Source of the DNA: Terrimicrobiaceae bacterium
Lineage (GTDB): Bacteria; Verrucomicrobiota; Verrucomicrobiia; Chthoniobacterales; Terrimicrobiaceae
Length of the DNA: 47,553 bases
NCBI GenBank assembly: GCA_044342325.1
Contig: JBIIPZ010000026.1
Coordinates: 1 to 47,553 of the forward strand
Direction of reading: 5' to 3'
Below are positions 21,012 through 30,143 of the stretch, in pieces (positions within the stretch are counted from its first letter, which is position 1; every line of letters begins with the position of its first letter). The position numbers and the translations under genes were made by a program. Below the pieces are notes generated by a model that was not told the origin of the DNA, did not search any database, and saw nothing but the letters and a program-made list of their open reading frames with translations.

Positions 21012-23310
21012 TGGTTTGAGAAACCCTCCACCAAGAGGGAAATAAAATCTGATGGCGTGGTTCGAGAAAGCGTTGGTCGACCAGCAGGGCTGAGCCCTTG
21101 TCGGTCTCTGTGCGAATGAGTCTGCCTGCGGCTTGTAGCACGCGCTGCATGCCGGGAAAGCGGTAGGCGTAGTCGAAACCGGAGCCTTTTTTTTCTTCAA
21201 AATGTGCCTGTAGGATGTCGCGCTCAAGGGATAGGCGCGGCAGGCCTGTGCCGATGACGGTAACGCCAACCAACCTTTCACCCGGCAGGTCGATGCCTTC
21301 GGAGAAAATGCCACCCAGCACGGCAAGCGCGGTTCGGCGCGACTCGGGCTGGAACGAATCCAGAAATGCGCTGCGCTCGGCATCCGGCATCCCCCGGGTC
21401 TGCGTCATCAGAACTTCTTCGGGGAGGAGTGCCTGAAGCATGGCGCAGAGGTCGTCGAGATACGCCATCGAGGGACAAAAAACCAGATGGTTACCTGGCA
21501 CGCTTTGCACATGCTCGGCCACAGCAGTTGCCACGGTGTCTAATGAGGTCGCACGGTTTTTGTAGGTTATGTCGGCTGCAAGAATACGCAGGCGCATTTG
21601 GTCCGGCGCGAAGGGCGAATCAAAAACGGCCGACTCGTCCCCGGAATCGCCTCCGAGCAGGTCGCGAAAATAATCCATCGGCGAGAGCGTGGCGGAGAAG
21701 AACACCGCGCAGCGTAGAGCCCGCAAATCGCCTCGCAGACGGCTTGAGGGATCCGCGCAAAAGACGGTCACGCTATGTTCCTGCGGCCGAGTAATGATGC
21801 GGCATGTATCGTCAAACGCCTCGGCCGCGCGCAGCCAGTCGTTGAGCGCAAACCAAGGTTCGATCCAGCCCCCGAGGTCGGTGCCGGGTTTTAAAGAAGC
21901 AAGCAATCCCTCCAGCGTGCGTGCGGCATCGCGGCAGGCTGAGAGGAGATCTTTTGGGATTTCCAAAAACACCGAGCCATCGTGGTAATCCCGGGCTGGA
22001 AGGTAATTCGAGGAGGGCATCCTGACGGCCTCGACGAGCAAAGCCCGCGCGCTCTCCAACGCGCGCCGGGCTTTCGACGCTCCCTTAGCTCGCACCGCGC
22101 CGGGGCGGACTTCTAAGTCAAGCGGGGAAAGCGTGGCCGAGTGCATGTCGCGGCTGCGGTCCACGAGATTGTGAGCCTCGTCTACAAGAATGACATGGCG
22201 CCCACCGCCCTCGGCGAAATGCCTCTGTAGGCGGGCCGAAGGATCGAATGCATGGTTGAAGTCGCCGATGACGATGTCGCACCAAGACGATGCATCGAGC
22301 GAGAGCTCGAACGGGCAAACCATATGCTTGCGGGCCATCAGCTCTACCATTTCGCGGTCGAGCCTCTCCTGCTCCAGAAGCTCGCGCAGCGCGGGTCGGA
22401 TGCGGTCATGGTAGCCGATGGCATAGGGGCATACGCGTGGGTCGCAGCCGTTGGGATTGTCCGTGAAGCAAATCCTGTTCTTTGCCGTTAGCGTTAGGCA
22501 TCTCAGTTTGGCTCCAGCCCGTCGCAGGTGCTTCACCGCCTCAGCCGCCGCGATCCGGCCCGGGGTTTTTGCCGTGAGAAAAAAGATTTTCCCCTCGCCC
22601 AAGAGCGGGAGAGCCTTGGCTGCTGGGAAGAGCGTGGCCATGGTTTTTCCAAGTCCAGTCGGTGCCTCGACGAAAAGATGGCGACGGTCTCGGATGGCAC
22701 GGTAAACGCGGCGCGCCAATTCTCGCTGACCGCCACGGAATCCTTGGAATGGGAAGGCGAGCTTTTCGAGGGAGGTGTTGCGGAGCGAAATCCACCGTGC
22801 CTCGAGCTCGAGCCACTCGAACCAGGTGCCGAGGGTGCTTTCAAAAAACTCCTCCAACTCGGCACGAGTAAGCCGGAAGGGCAGGACCGTTTCGCCGTCC
22901 GTTTCCAAGTTCAGATAAGTCAAATGCAACTCGACCTCCGCCCAATTGCGTTGTGCGGCCAGAATCGCGGCGTAGATTTTCAGCTGAGCCAGATGCAGCG
23001 GGTCGGCGGCGCCATCCCAAAATCGATCGACGCTTTTGATCTCCTCGACTACCGGCGGGGAATGGGTTGCGCGCAGACCATCGATCCGACCCGAAAGAGT
23101 GAGGTCTACACTTCCGCGAATGGCTTTCCACTCCACAGGCACCTCGGCCTCGTAGTCGCCAGTCCGTCGGTTCTGAACACGGCGGTGGGCCCGCCCGCCC
23201 TCGAGCGCACGGTCAGATGCCCGAAACGCGCCGGTTCCTGCGAGGCCGCCCGTGCGATGCACAAAGGCCACAAGTTCTCGAACGGAAGTCTGGAACACGG
23301 CTGGAATCAC
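21001..23310 (-). CDS. Rad3/XPD/DinG-family Fe-S helicase with N-terminal PD-(D/E)XK nuclease-like domain
   Basis: GRIDG...EEIKS...QLKIYA nuclease region; APTGLGKT; four Cys (ICF, GCD, VCPY, VCPF); DEAHN; SATL; QAAGRLIR. Confidence 0.92.
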   Translation of the reverse strand: MIPAVFQTSVRELVAFVHRTGGLAGTGAFRASDRALEGGRAHRRVQNRRTGDYEAEVPVEWKAIRGSVDLTLSGRIDGLRATHSPPVVEEIKSVDRFWDGAADPLHLAQLKIYAAILAAQRNWAEVELHLTYLNLETDGETVLPFRLTRAELEEFFESTLGTWFEWLELEARWISLRNTSLEKLAFPFQGFRGGQRELARRVYRAIRDRRHLFVEAPTGLGKTMATLFPAAKALPLLGEGKIFFLTAKTPGRIAAAEAVKHLRRAGAKLRCLTLTAKNRICFTDNPNGCDPRVCPYAIGYHDRIRPALRELLEQERLDREMVELMARKHMVCPFELSLDASSWCDIVIGDFNHAFDPSARLQRHFAEGGGRHVILVDEAHNLVDRSRDMHSATLSPLDLEVRPGAVRAKGASKARRALESARALLVEAVRMPSSNYLPARDYHDGSVFLEIPKDLLSACRDAARTLEGLLASLKPGTDLGGWIEPWFALNDWLRAAEAFDDTCRIITRPQEHSVTVFCADPSSRLRGDLRALRCAVFFSATLSPMDYFRDLLGGDSGDESAVFDSPFAPDQMRLRILAADITYKNRATSLDTVATAVAEHVQSVPGNHLVFCPSMAYLDDLCAMLQALLPEEVLMTQTRGMPDAERSAFLDSFQPESRRTALAVLGGIFSEGIDLPGERLVGVTVIGTGLPRLSLERDILQAHFEEKKGSGFDYAYRFPGMQRVLQAAGRLIRTETDKGSALLVDQRFLEPRHQILFPSWWRVSQTIKP

Positions 23311-23362
23311 GAATCTGCAAACTCGCCCAAGATCCGCTGATCGTCGAAGGGATTTCGCGCAG

Positions 23363-23983
23363 CTAAAATCGCTTCAAACTCTCGGGAAGCCCTGTGAATT
23401 CAAGAGTGGAGGCATCCGATTTCCAAACCACTCGTCCGTCATCGAGGATACGAACCACCGTTCCCGAGGTGCTCCCGCGGAGCGTCTGCACTCGATCCCC
23501 CGGGGCGAGTGCAGCGGACTCGCAAAGCGACTCGACGATGGAAACCATGGAGTCCCGATCCAGAACACCGGCGATATAGTGGGCGACAGCGGAGGAGAGT
23601 TCGCGTTTTCGAACCGGTGCAAGGTCGCTGAATAAAGCCAAAGTCAATTCCCTGCCGATGAAGGAAAATGTATTCCCATTCAAAAAGAGGAAGGGGGCGC
23701 TCCTATGAAAATCCCGAAGGAGATCAAATACCTCGGCAAGGGATAACTCTAAGGCGTGTTGCCTTTGCCACTTTTCTGAGCACGCTTCTCCAGTTTCCGA
23801 GTTAAATCCATGCTGTGATCCACTTCTTGCGCACGCTCGCTGATTGATGCTGGCGACAGACTGCCAACCCCAGTTTTTGAGAAAAGCGGCTCGGGTTTGA
23901 AGCGGTGAACATTGCCCTCCGCCTGAAGAGCAATGTCCTCCTCCGTCAACTGCTCCAGAAGATCCAAGCGGAGTTTCATTCAT
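23363..23983 (-). CDS. Divergent Doc/Fic-like protein with C-terminal SH3/KOW-like segment
   Basis: FLKNWGWQSVASIN...QHGFN...FHRSAPFLFLNGNTF parallels the Doc layout (canonical motif HPFxDGNKRT). C-terminal PGDRVQTLRG..GTVVRILDDGRV. Confidence 0.6.
   Translation of the reverse strand: MNETPLGSSGAVDGGGHCSSGGGQCSPLQTRAAFLKNWGWQSVASINQRACARSGSQHGFNSETGEACSEKWQRQHALELSLAEVFDLLRDFHRSAPFLFLNGNTFSFIGRELTLALFSDLAPVRKRELSSAVAHYIAGVLDRDSMVSIVESLCESAALAPGDRVQTLRGSTSGTVVRILDDGRVVWKSDASTLEFTGLPESLKRF
23749..23979 (-). CDS. 76-aa hypothetical protein nested out of frame in the Doc-like ORF; candidate antitoxin
   Basis: Own ATG. Amphipathic, acidic, helical N-terminus (MKLRLDLLEQLTEEDIA) and helical C-terminus; looks more protein-like than the overlapping frame in its first ~33 codons. 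Confidence 0.55.
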   Translation of the reverse strand: MKLRLDLLEQLTEEDIALQAEGNVHRFKPEPLFSKTGVGSLSPASISERAQEVDHSMDLTRKLEKRAQKSGKGNTP

Positions 23984-24011
23984 CAACAAGTAAGCCTGAA
24001 GGCGCTCGTTT

Positions 24012-25424
24012 TCAAGCGTGTGTCATGTTTTTTGCAATGACCCACTGGTCGAATTGCTCGGGGGTCACATGGCCGAGGGCGACGGCGGCTTCTTTGAGGC
24101 TGGAGGCGTCTTTGTGGGCTTTCTTTGCGATCTGTGCGGCTTTGTCGTAGCCGATGTGGGGGTTCAGCGCGGTGACGAGCATGAGGGAGTTTTTTACATA
24201 GCCTTCGATGACCGGCAGGTTCGGCTCGATGCCGATGGCGCAGTGGTCGTTGAAGGAATGGCATCCCTCGGCGAGGAGGCGGACGGAGTGCAGGAAATTG
24301 TGGACGATGACGGGCTTGAAGACATTCAGCTCGAAGTTGCCTTGCGAGGCGGCGATGCCGATGGCGGTGTCGTTGCCCATGACTTGGATGGCGATCATGG
24401 TGAGGGCTTCGGATTGGGTGGGGTTCACCTTGCCGGGCATGATCGATGAGCCGGGCTCGTTTTCAGGAATGGTCAGCTCGCCGAGTCCGCAGCGGGGGCC
24501 GGAGGCGAGCCAGCGGATGTCGTTGGCGATCTTCATGAGCGCGCAGGCGAGGGATTTTACAGCTCCGCTGGCGATGACGAATTCGTTGTGGCCGGAGAGG
24601 GCGGCGAATTTGTTGGGCGCGGATTGGAATGGGAAGCCGGTCAGTTTCGCGATGTGCGCGGCGGCGCGGTCGCCGAACTCGGGGTGGGCATTCAGGCCGG
24701 TGCCGACGGCGGTGCCGCCGATGGCGAGTTGGTAGAGGCCGGTGAGCGAGAATTCGACATCGCGCAGCGCTTGGTCGAGCAAGCACACATAGCCGGAGAA
24801 TTCCTGCCCGAGTGTGAGCGGGGTGGCATCTTGGAGGTGCGTGCGGCCGATCTTGACGATGTCGGCAAAGGCGGTGGCTTTGGCGTCGAGCGTGTCGCGG
24901 AGTTTTTTCACGGCCGGGATGAGGACCTCGACGACCTCGCTGGCTGAGGCGATGGACATCGCGGTCGGGAAGGTGTCGTTCGACGACTGCGACATGTTCA
25001 CATCGTCATTTGGATGCACTGGCTTTTTGGAGCCTTTTACACCGCCTGCGATTTCGATGGCGCGATTCGAGATGACCTCGTTGGCGTTCATATTGCTCTG
25101 GGTGCCGGAGCCTGTCTGCCAGATGCGAAGCGGGAAGTGGGCGTCGAGTTTTCCTGCGATGACTTCATCCGCCGCCTGGGCGATGAGATCGCGTTTTTCA
25201 GCGCTGAGCTTGCCGAGGTCGGCATTCGTGAGCGCAGCGGCTTTTTTCAAAATACCGAGAGCCTTGATCATCTCGGGCGGCAGAATGTCCTCTCCTATGT
25301 CGAAATGAATGAGCGAACGGGCGGTCTGCGCGCCCCAGTAGGCTTCGTGCGGAACGGAGATTTCGCCCATGGAGTCGGATTCCAGGCGGTGTGTGGCGGG
25401 GTTGTGTGGAGCGGATGAGGTCAT
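24012..25424 (-). CDS. fumC: Class II fumarate hydratase
   Basis: [27 protein letters not shown] and [11 protein letters not shown] motifs. Confidence 0.97.
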   Translation of the reverse strand: MTSSAPHNPATHRLESDSMGEISVPHEAYWGAQTARSLIHFDIGEDILPPEMIKALGILKKAAALTNADLGKLSAEKRDLIAQAADEVIAGKLDAHFPLRIWQTGSGTQSNMNANEVISNRAIEIAGGVKGSKKPVHPNDDVNMSQSSNDTFPTAMSIASASEVVEVLIPAVKKLRDTLDAKATAFADIVKIGRTHLQDATPLTLGQEFSGYVCLLDQALRDVEFSLTGLYQLAIGGTAVGTGLNAHPEFGDRAAAHIAKLTGFPFQSAPNKFAALSGHNEFVIASGAVKSLACALMKIANDIRWLASGPRCGLGELTIPENEPGSSIMPGKVNPTQSEALTMIAIQVMGNDTAIGIAASQGNFELNVFKPVIVHNFLHSVRLLAEGCHSFNDHCAIGIEPNLPVIEGYVKNSLMLVTALNPHIGYDKAAQIAKKAHKDASSLKEAAVALGHVTPEQFDQWVIAKNMTHA

Positions 25425-25429
25425 GGCGA

Positions 25430-25459
25430 AGTTTTAAGAATTAAGAATTAAGTTTTAAG
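25430..25459 (-). repeat. AT-rich heptamer tandem repeat (CTTAAWW units), copy 1
   Basis: Minus strand reads CTTAAAACTTAATTCTTAATTCTTAAAACT; 29/30 identical to 38482-38511. Confidence 0.85.
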
Positions 25460-25512
25460 AAACGGCGAGTGTCGCGGGAGGTTTCGAGGCAAGCGGGCTC
25501 AATTTTTCCTTC

Positions 25513-25541
25513 CTTTGTGCTCTCTGTGTCCTCTGTGGTTA
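25513..25541 (+). repeat. Solo arm of the 9-mer-periodic 29-bp repeat family
   Basis: CTTTGTGCTCTCTGTGTCCTCTGTGGTTA; 26/29 identical to 38420-38448. Confidence 0.8.
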
Positions 25542-25558
25542 ATTTTCTGGAATTCGGG

Positions 25559-26209
25559 TTACAGATGTCGAATGAGGTCGCTTTTTTCGAATCGGACTTT
25601 GGGAAGGGTGGCGTATTTGTCGTCGGCGGAGCGGTAGCCCGCGGCGCAGGCGACGATGGTGTTGAAGCCTTTTGAAGGGAGGTCGAGGATGGCGTCGTAT
25701 TCGCGCGGGTCGATGCCTTCGAGCGGGCAGGTGTCCACTCCGACGAGTGCGGCGGATGTCATGAAGTTGCCGAGGGCGATGTAAACCTGGCGGGCTGCCC
25801 ATTCGCGCACCCAAGCTTGGCGTGGGCCTGCGATGACATCGGCCATCATCATGTCGCGGTAGAAGCCGAGCGATTCAAGTGTCACACCACGGACCTCTGC
25901 GATGCGGGCGAGGTATTTTTCCATGTAGGGGACATCGACCTTTTCGGGAATGGCAAAAACGACGAGATGCGAGGCGTCGGTGATCTGAGATTGGTTCCAA
26001 GAGTGCGGACGGAGCTTCGCGCGGAGGTCGGGACTGGTGACGACAAAGAACTGCCAAGGCTGGAGGCCGTAGGAGGACGGTGAGAGGATGAGCGATTCCT
26101 CAAGCGCCTGCCAGACTGGCGTGGGAATGGATTTGGAGGCGTCGAATTGCTTGGTGGCGTAGCGCCATGTCTGGGCGGCGAGGAGTTGGTCGGCGGTGAT
26201 AGGATTCAT
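25559..26209 (-). CDS. NAD(P)H-dependent nitroreductase, NfsB-like
   Basis: WRYATKQFD, SPSSYGLQPW, NQSQI, DTCPLEG and GYR...K-x-R motifs. Confidence 0.94.
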   Translation of the reverse strand: MNPITADQLLAAQTWRYATKQFDASKSIPTPVWQALEESLILSPSSYGLQPWQFFVVTSPDLRAKLRPHSWNQSQITDASHLVVFAIPEKVDVPYMEKYLARIAEVRGVTLESLGFYRDMMMADVIAGPRQAWVREWAARQVYIALGNFMTSAALVGVDTCPLEGIDPREYDAILDLPSKGFNTIVACAAGYRSADDKYATLPKVRFEKSDLIRHL

Positions 26210-26242
26210 GCCCCGCGATGGGAATGCGGCGGAGGCGTGACA

Positions 26243-27007
26243 TCAAGACTTTTCATAGAAGCCCATCACTCGCGGTTCCCTAGCGAAGCGACGCATAACG
26301 GGGTCATTCATAAGGTAGTTGAAAAGATCGGAAGGAATTGTGGACTCGGTGGCGCGGAGAATGGCGGCAGCTTTTCCGAAATCGCCGAGGCGCATGGCGA
26401 CATAGGCGGCGCAGAAATCCTCGGGTGTCGTGTGGCCCTGGGACAGGTAGGAGGGGAGGGATTCATCCATCGTTTCGCTCAGTGCCTGAAGAGAAAGCAG
26501 GGTGAGCATTTCGGTAGATGGACGGTCAGGTTTCGATCCGCGCAGGTTCAGGAGAGCGGCGAAGGCTTTGTTGGTCGTTGCAACCGCGGCAGGTTCGTTG
26601 TCCCTCGCCGGCGTGCGGGCATCGATGGCGCGTTGGATGCCCTCGGAGACGCCGCTACCGTAAAAGAAACGACCAACGAGGATGTTTGATCCGGCAAAGA
26701 TCGCCAGCACGCCAAGGGTGACGAGTATTTTAAAATTCAAAGACCGATTTGTCTGATTACTGTGTCTGGAAGAATCTTGGCGACTTCTTCTCCGGCGGCG
26801 GCGTGTGGAATCGGTGGAGGTTTCGAATTGCGGAGACTGCCCGGTCTTGCGCAAACGCTGGATGGAATTTTCGGTGGGCTCCTGCTCGGGGCTTTCGTCA
26901 ACTCGACGCGGACGGATATTTATTTTTGGCTGGTGAGAGGAACCTGCGGCATCGTCAAAGTCGGTGTCGCGGCGCGGAGGTAATGGAGATTTTTCAGGCA
27001 GGATCAT
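26243..27007 (-). CDS. Hypothetical single-TM protein with disordered basic N-terminus and helical C-terminal domain
   Basis: ATG at 27007 overlaps the epimerase stop (ATGA). RRRRRR tract precedes a TM helix. Confidence 0.65.
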   Translation of the reverse strand: MILPEKSPLPPRRDTDFDDAAGSSHQPKINIRPRRVDESPEQEPTENSIQRLRKTGQSPQFETSTDSTRRRRRRSRQDSSRHSNQTNRSLNFKILVTLGVLAIFAGSNILVGRFFYGSGVSEGIQRAIDARTPARDNEPAAVATTNKAFAALLNLRGSKPDRPSTEMLTLLSLQALSETMDESLPSYLSQGHTTPEDFCAAYVAMRLGDFGKAAAILRATESTIPSDLFNYLMNDPVMRRFAREPRVMGFYEKS

Positions 27008-27999
27008 TGTCTTTGGTGGGGTTTTCGCTTCAGCATTCCCGTGCGGACATAGAAATCGTGCGCGCTTTCCAGAGAGTGGCGCAAGTCGAGGGTGCTTTTC
27101 CATCCCGTTGTTCGGCGAAAGAGCGCGGAATCCACGACCCACCGGTCGGCCCAGATGTCACGGGCTCGGTCACGGGTGAGGCTGGGTGTGGACTCCCTAA
27201 GTTTTGGAATGGCGTCCACGATGAAGGAGAAACATTTGATGATGACCTGAGGCAGGGGCAGCGTAACTCCGCGTCCATTGGTGGCGAGGGCGGCTGTGCG
27301 GATGAGTTCGAAGTCGGTGATTGTTTGCTCCGAGGAAATGTAGAAAGGCCCTTGCGCGCTGCTTTCCCAAGAAGCCCTCACGGCTTCCAGGACATCTTCG
27401 ACGGCGATGAAGCTGTATTCCTTTTTTGCAAGGCCGGGCTTGGGTCTCACAAGACCTGCCGCCATCTTGAAAAGTGGAAGCGTGGCGGTATCCCTCGCTC
27501 CGAGAACCATCGGGGGTCTCAGGATGGTGATGTGGCGTCTGGAATGAGAACGACGAATGGCATGTTCGAGTTCGAGTTTCGATTTTCCGTAATGTGTGAT
27601 GGGATCGTCCGCATCCTGCTCGGTTCGGGCATGGACTTGGACAGGCGTTGGACCGCCGGCTGCCTGGGATGAGAGGACGACGACCTGGCACTCAGCGGGA
27701 AGTGTTTCAAGAACGCGGAGTGTCCAGTCGACATTGACGCTTTGGTATTCTGCGCGACTTCTTGCAAAAAGAACGCCTGCCGAGAGCAAGGCGTGGGTGG
27801 GTCGAATATCGCCCCAAGTGGATGGGTTCGTGTCCAGCGCAACGACATCCGCTTTGGAAATGCCCTCGGCACTGAGCTGCCGGCGTAGTTTCTCAGCATT
27901 CCGGACGGGTGCCAGAATACGTGTGCCTTGCTGCACTTCCTGAACAAGCATGTTGCTGCCCACAAAACCGGTTGCGCCGGTGAGGAGCAGCGTTTTCAT
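27004..27999 (-). CDS. NAD-dependent epimerase/dehydratase (extended SDR)
   Basis: LTGATGFVG, LSSQAA, YGKSK and LRPPMV motifs. Confidence 0.92.
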   Translation of the reverse strand: MKTLLLTGATGFVGSNMLVQEVQQGTRILAPVRNAEKLRRQLSAEGISKADVVALDTNPSTWGDIRPTHALLSAGVLFARSRAEYQSVNVDWTLRVLETLPAECQVVVLSSQAAGGPTPVQVHARTEQDADDPITHYGKSKLELEHAIRRSHSRRHITILRPPMVLGARDTATLPLFKMAAGLVRPKPGLAKKEYSFIAVEDVLEAVRASWESSAQGPFYISSEQTITDFELIRTAALATNGRGVTLPLPQVIIKCFSFIVDAIPKLRESTPSLTRDRARDIWADRWVVDSALFRRTTGWKSTLDLRHSLESAHDFYVRTGMLKRKPHQRQ

Positions 28000-28020
28000 G
28001 CCAGACCGCGCGAGGCGGGA

Positions 28021-28431
28021 TCAGGGAGTAGGCTTGGGAGTTGCCTCAGCCGCTGGAGCCGCTTGTTGGTTTTGCTGGCGTTGGATTTTATACTTTTCCA
28101 CAACCGCGCGGGCGTCGGCATCCGTATCGGCGAGATTGATGAGATCGGTGAGCATTTCGGTGTAGCGGGCTTGCACCTGCTGGGATTGCTCGACGAGGGT
28201 CTCGCGTTGTTTGACGAGATTGCCCAGATTTTTTTCCGATTCGACAAGTGATCCGATCTGGCGATCGAGATTTTCAGTCTGCCATCTCATGCTGCGTCCG
28301 TTTTGGCCAAGGCTGCTGATTTGAGCGAAAAGAAAGATCGCAAAAGCAAAAGCCAAGAGGGCGAGGGGAAGGTGGATGTTCTCGGAGTCACTGCTCTGCG
28401 TGGCCGAATTTTCGTTGGTGTAGTCTTCCAT
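28021..28431 (-). CDS. Hypothetical bitopic membrane protein with coiled coil
   Basis: One TM helix, heptad-rich region, C-terminal DLINLA...VVEKYKI. Confidence 0.75.
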   Translation of the reverse strand: MEDYTNENSATQSSDSENIHLPLALLAFAFAIFLFAQISSLGQNGRSMRWQTENLDRQIGSLVESEKNLGNLVKQRETLVEQSQQVQARYTEMLTDLINLADTDADARAVVEKYKIQRQQNQQAAPAAEATPKPTP

Positions 28432-28452
28432 GGTTTTGTAAGTGGGGGTTGC

Positions 28453-28776
28453 TTAGTTGGCTTTGGCTTCGATGCCGTATTTTTTGAGAAGCGCGGCAAT
28501 CTTTTGGTTTTTGTTCTGGAGCTGCAGGGTCGCGAGGTCGCGAATCACCGAAGGTCCGACTTGATTTGCGAGTTGGGATGCGGAGTCGATGAGTTGTTGC
28601 TGGGCTTGCAATTGCTGCTGCTGGCTTTGAATGGTCAGCTGGTGGGCTTGGATTTCATCCTGCTGGCTTTGGAGACCCCTCTGGAGGCTTTGGTTGCTCC
28701 AATTGGATACAAGGAACCAAAGGCTGAGGAGGACGGCTAGTGAACAGGCGGCTGTTGATATGAGTTGTTTAGGCAT
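28453..28776 (-). CDS. Hypothetical bitopic membrane protein with Gln-rich coiled coil
   Basis: Starts at MPKQL (28776). TM helix, Q-rich coil, C-terminal DLATLQ...LLKKYGI. Confidence 0.75.
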   Translation of the reverse strand: MPKQLISTAACSLAVLLSLWFLVSNWSNQSLQRGLQSQQDEIQAHQLTIQSQQQQLQAQQQLIDSASQLANQVGPSVIRDLATLQLQNKNQKIAALLKKYGIEAKAN

Positions 28777-28944
28777 GTTGGGGTTGTTGGTGTCTGGGGT
28801 TGAGTGAATAGACCCAATGCGCCGCATGGCGTCAAGGTTGAAGCCCGCATGGCTACAGGAATTCCATATTCCAGCCTGTCAAAAAAACATCGCCATGAGG
28901 CGCGCGGGGCGGGTAATTTGATTGCGTTCTTTTTGACCAATTTC

Positions 28945-29661
28945 ATGAGCCAACCATCATCACTCTCTTCCGCTTCGGTGGATTCTCCCTTTATCAATAG
29001 CTTTGGAATGCCTTTCGTGCCCGTGCCGAGATTTTCGACTCTTGTGTGCATTTGGCCAACCCGTGTGAGGGAGTTTGAGGTTTACGCATCGGAAAAAGGT
29101 GTCGATCTGCCTAACCAGTGCTCCGGTTCCGGACCTGAGCATCCTGTGGTGAGTGTGACATGGAAAGAAGCGGCCGAATTCTGTGAGTGGCTCACAGAAA
29201 AGGAGCGCGCGGTCGGTCGTCTTCCCGAAGGTTTGGTGTTCCGTTTGCCAAGTGATCTTGAGTGGAGTGCGGCCGTAGGTTTGCCTCATGAGGAAGGAAC
29301 CCGCCCGGATCAGCGCAGCGGGGAACTCGATGGCTATCCATGGGGAGCGAGTTGGCCCCCGACGAAGGGTGCGGGAAATTACTCCCAGGAACTCGGAATT
29401 GATGAATTCGAGTTCACCTCACCTGTTGGCAGTTTTGCTCCCAATCAATTTGGAATTTATGACCTGGGCGGAAATGTCTGGGAGTGGTGCCAAGATTTCA
29501 CCGACCGTTCGCAGGACTCTCGCGTGCTTCGTGGAGCCTCATGGTTCAATGGCTACCAGGATCGTATGAAATCCTCTTTCCGCAATGATCTGGGGCGGCC
29601 TGACACGCGGTATTCGAGCTTCGGATTCCGCGTGGCGCTTGGTGCTCCCTTCAAGCGCTAA
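28945..29661 (+). CDS. Formylglycine-generating-enzyme (SUMF1/FGE-sulfatase) domain protein
   Basis: INSFGMPFV, HPVVSVTW, RLPSDLEW, YDLGGNVWEW, RGASW and GFRVAL motifs. Confidence 0.9.
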   Translation: MSQPSSLSSASVDSPFINSFGMPFVPVPRFSTLVCIWPTRVREFEVYASEKGVDLPNQCSGSGPEHPVVSVTWKEAAEFCEWLTEKERAVGRLPEGLVFRLPSDLEWSAAVGLPHEEGTRPDQRSGELDGYPWGASWPPTKGAGNYSQELGIDEFEFTSPVGSFAPNQFGIYDLGGNVWEWCQDFTDRSQDSRVLRGASWFNGYQDRMKSSFRNDLGRPDTRYSSFGFRVALGAPFKR

Positions 29662-29681
29662 GCATCTCCGGGGCGTGGTTT

Positions 29682-30143
29682 TTACAATCTCGTCTCTCCT
29701 GAGCAGAGAATGTCGATGAACGCGCTTGGGCTTGCTGCTGAGAGAAGTTTTTCAACAAGCTCGGGCTGACTGCAGAGTCGGGCGATGGTTCCGACAACTC
29801 GGAGGTATTCGCTATTCAGCGCGGAAGGAATGCCGGCAACAAAAACGAGCCGGACATTTTCCTTTGTGTCTTTGGAAGGGAACCCTTCGTTCGAACGACC
29901 GGCTGCCATGACTAAGGAGCCGACGGCATCCGTGCGACCGTGGGCGATGATAATGCCGCAGCCTTCGGCATCGATGGCTGGGGCATTTCGCTGAAGCACT
30001 GATTCCTTCAGGGCGTTCCATTGAAGAATGCGGATGTCGCCACTGAGGGATGCCAGCACTTCGCTGACGGCTGAATCGATCTGCGTAGAAGAAAGGGAGA
30101 GGTTGACATGCCCAGGTTGGAGGATTTGGTGAATGGAGATCAT
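29682..30143 (-). CDS. PTS EIIA-type (PtsN/fructose-mannitol family) domain protein
   Basis: GIIIAHGRT with the phospho-His, GRS..G, VRLVFV and YLRVVGTIARL motifs. Confidence 0.85.
   Translation of the reverse strand: MISIHQILQPGHVNLSLSSTQIDSAVSEVLASLSGDIRILQWNALKESVLQRNAPAIDAEGCGIIIAHGRTDAVGSLVMAAGRSNEGFPSKDTKENVRLVFVAGIPSALNSEYLRVVGTIARLCSQPELVEKLLSAASPSAFIDILCSGETRL

Noticed and set aside
25430..25541. Short repeats as a CRISPR array
   Set aside because: No repeat-spacer periodicity and no cas operon; the Cas4-like domain nearby is part of a helicase fusion.
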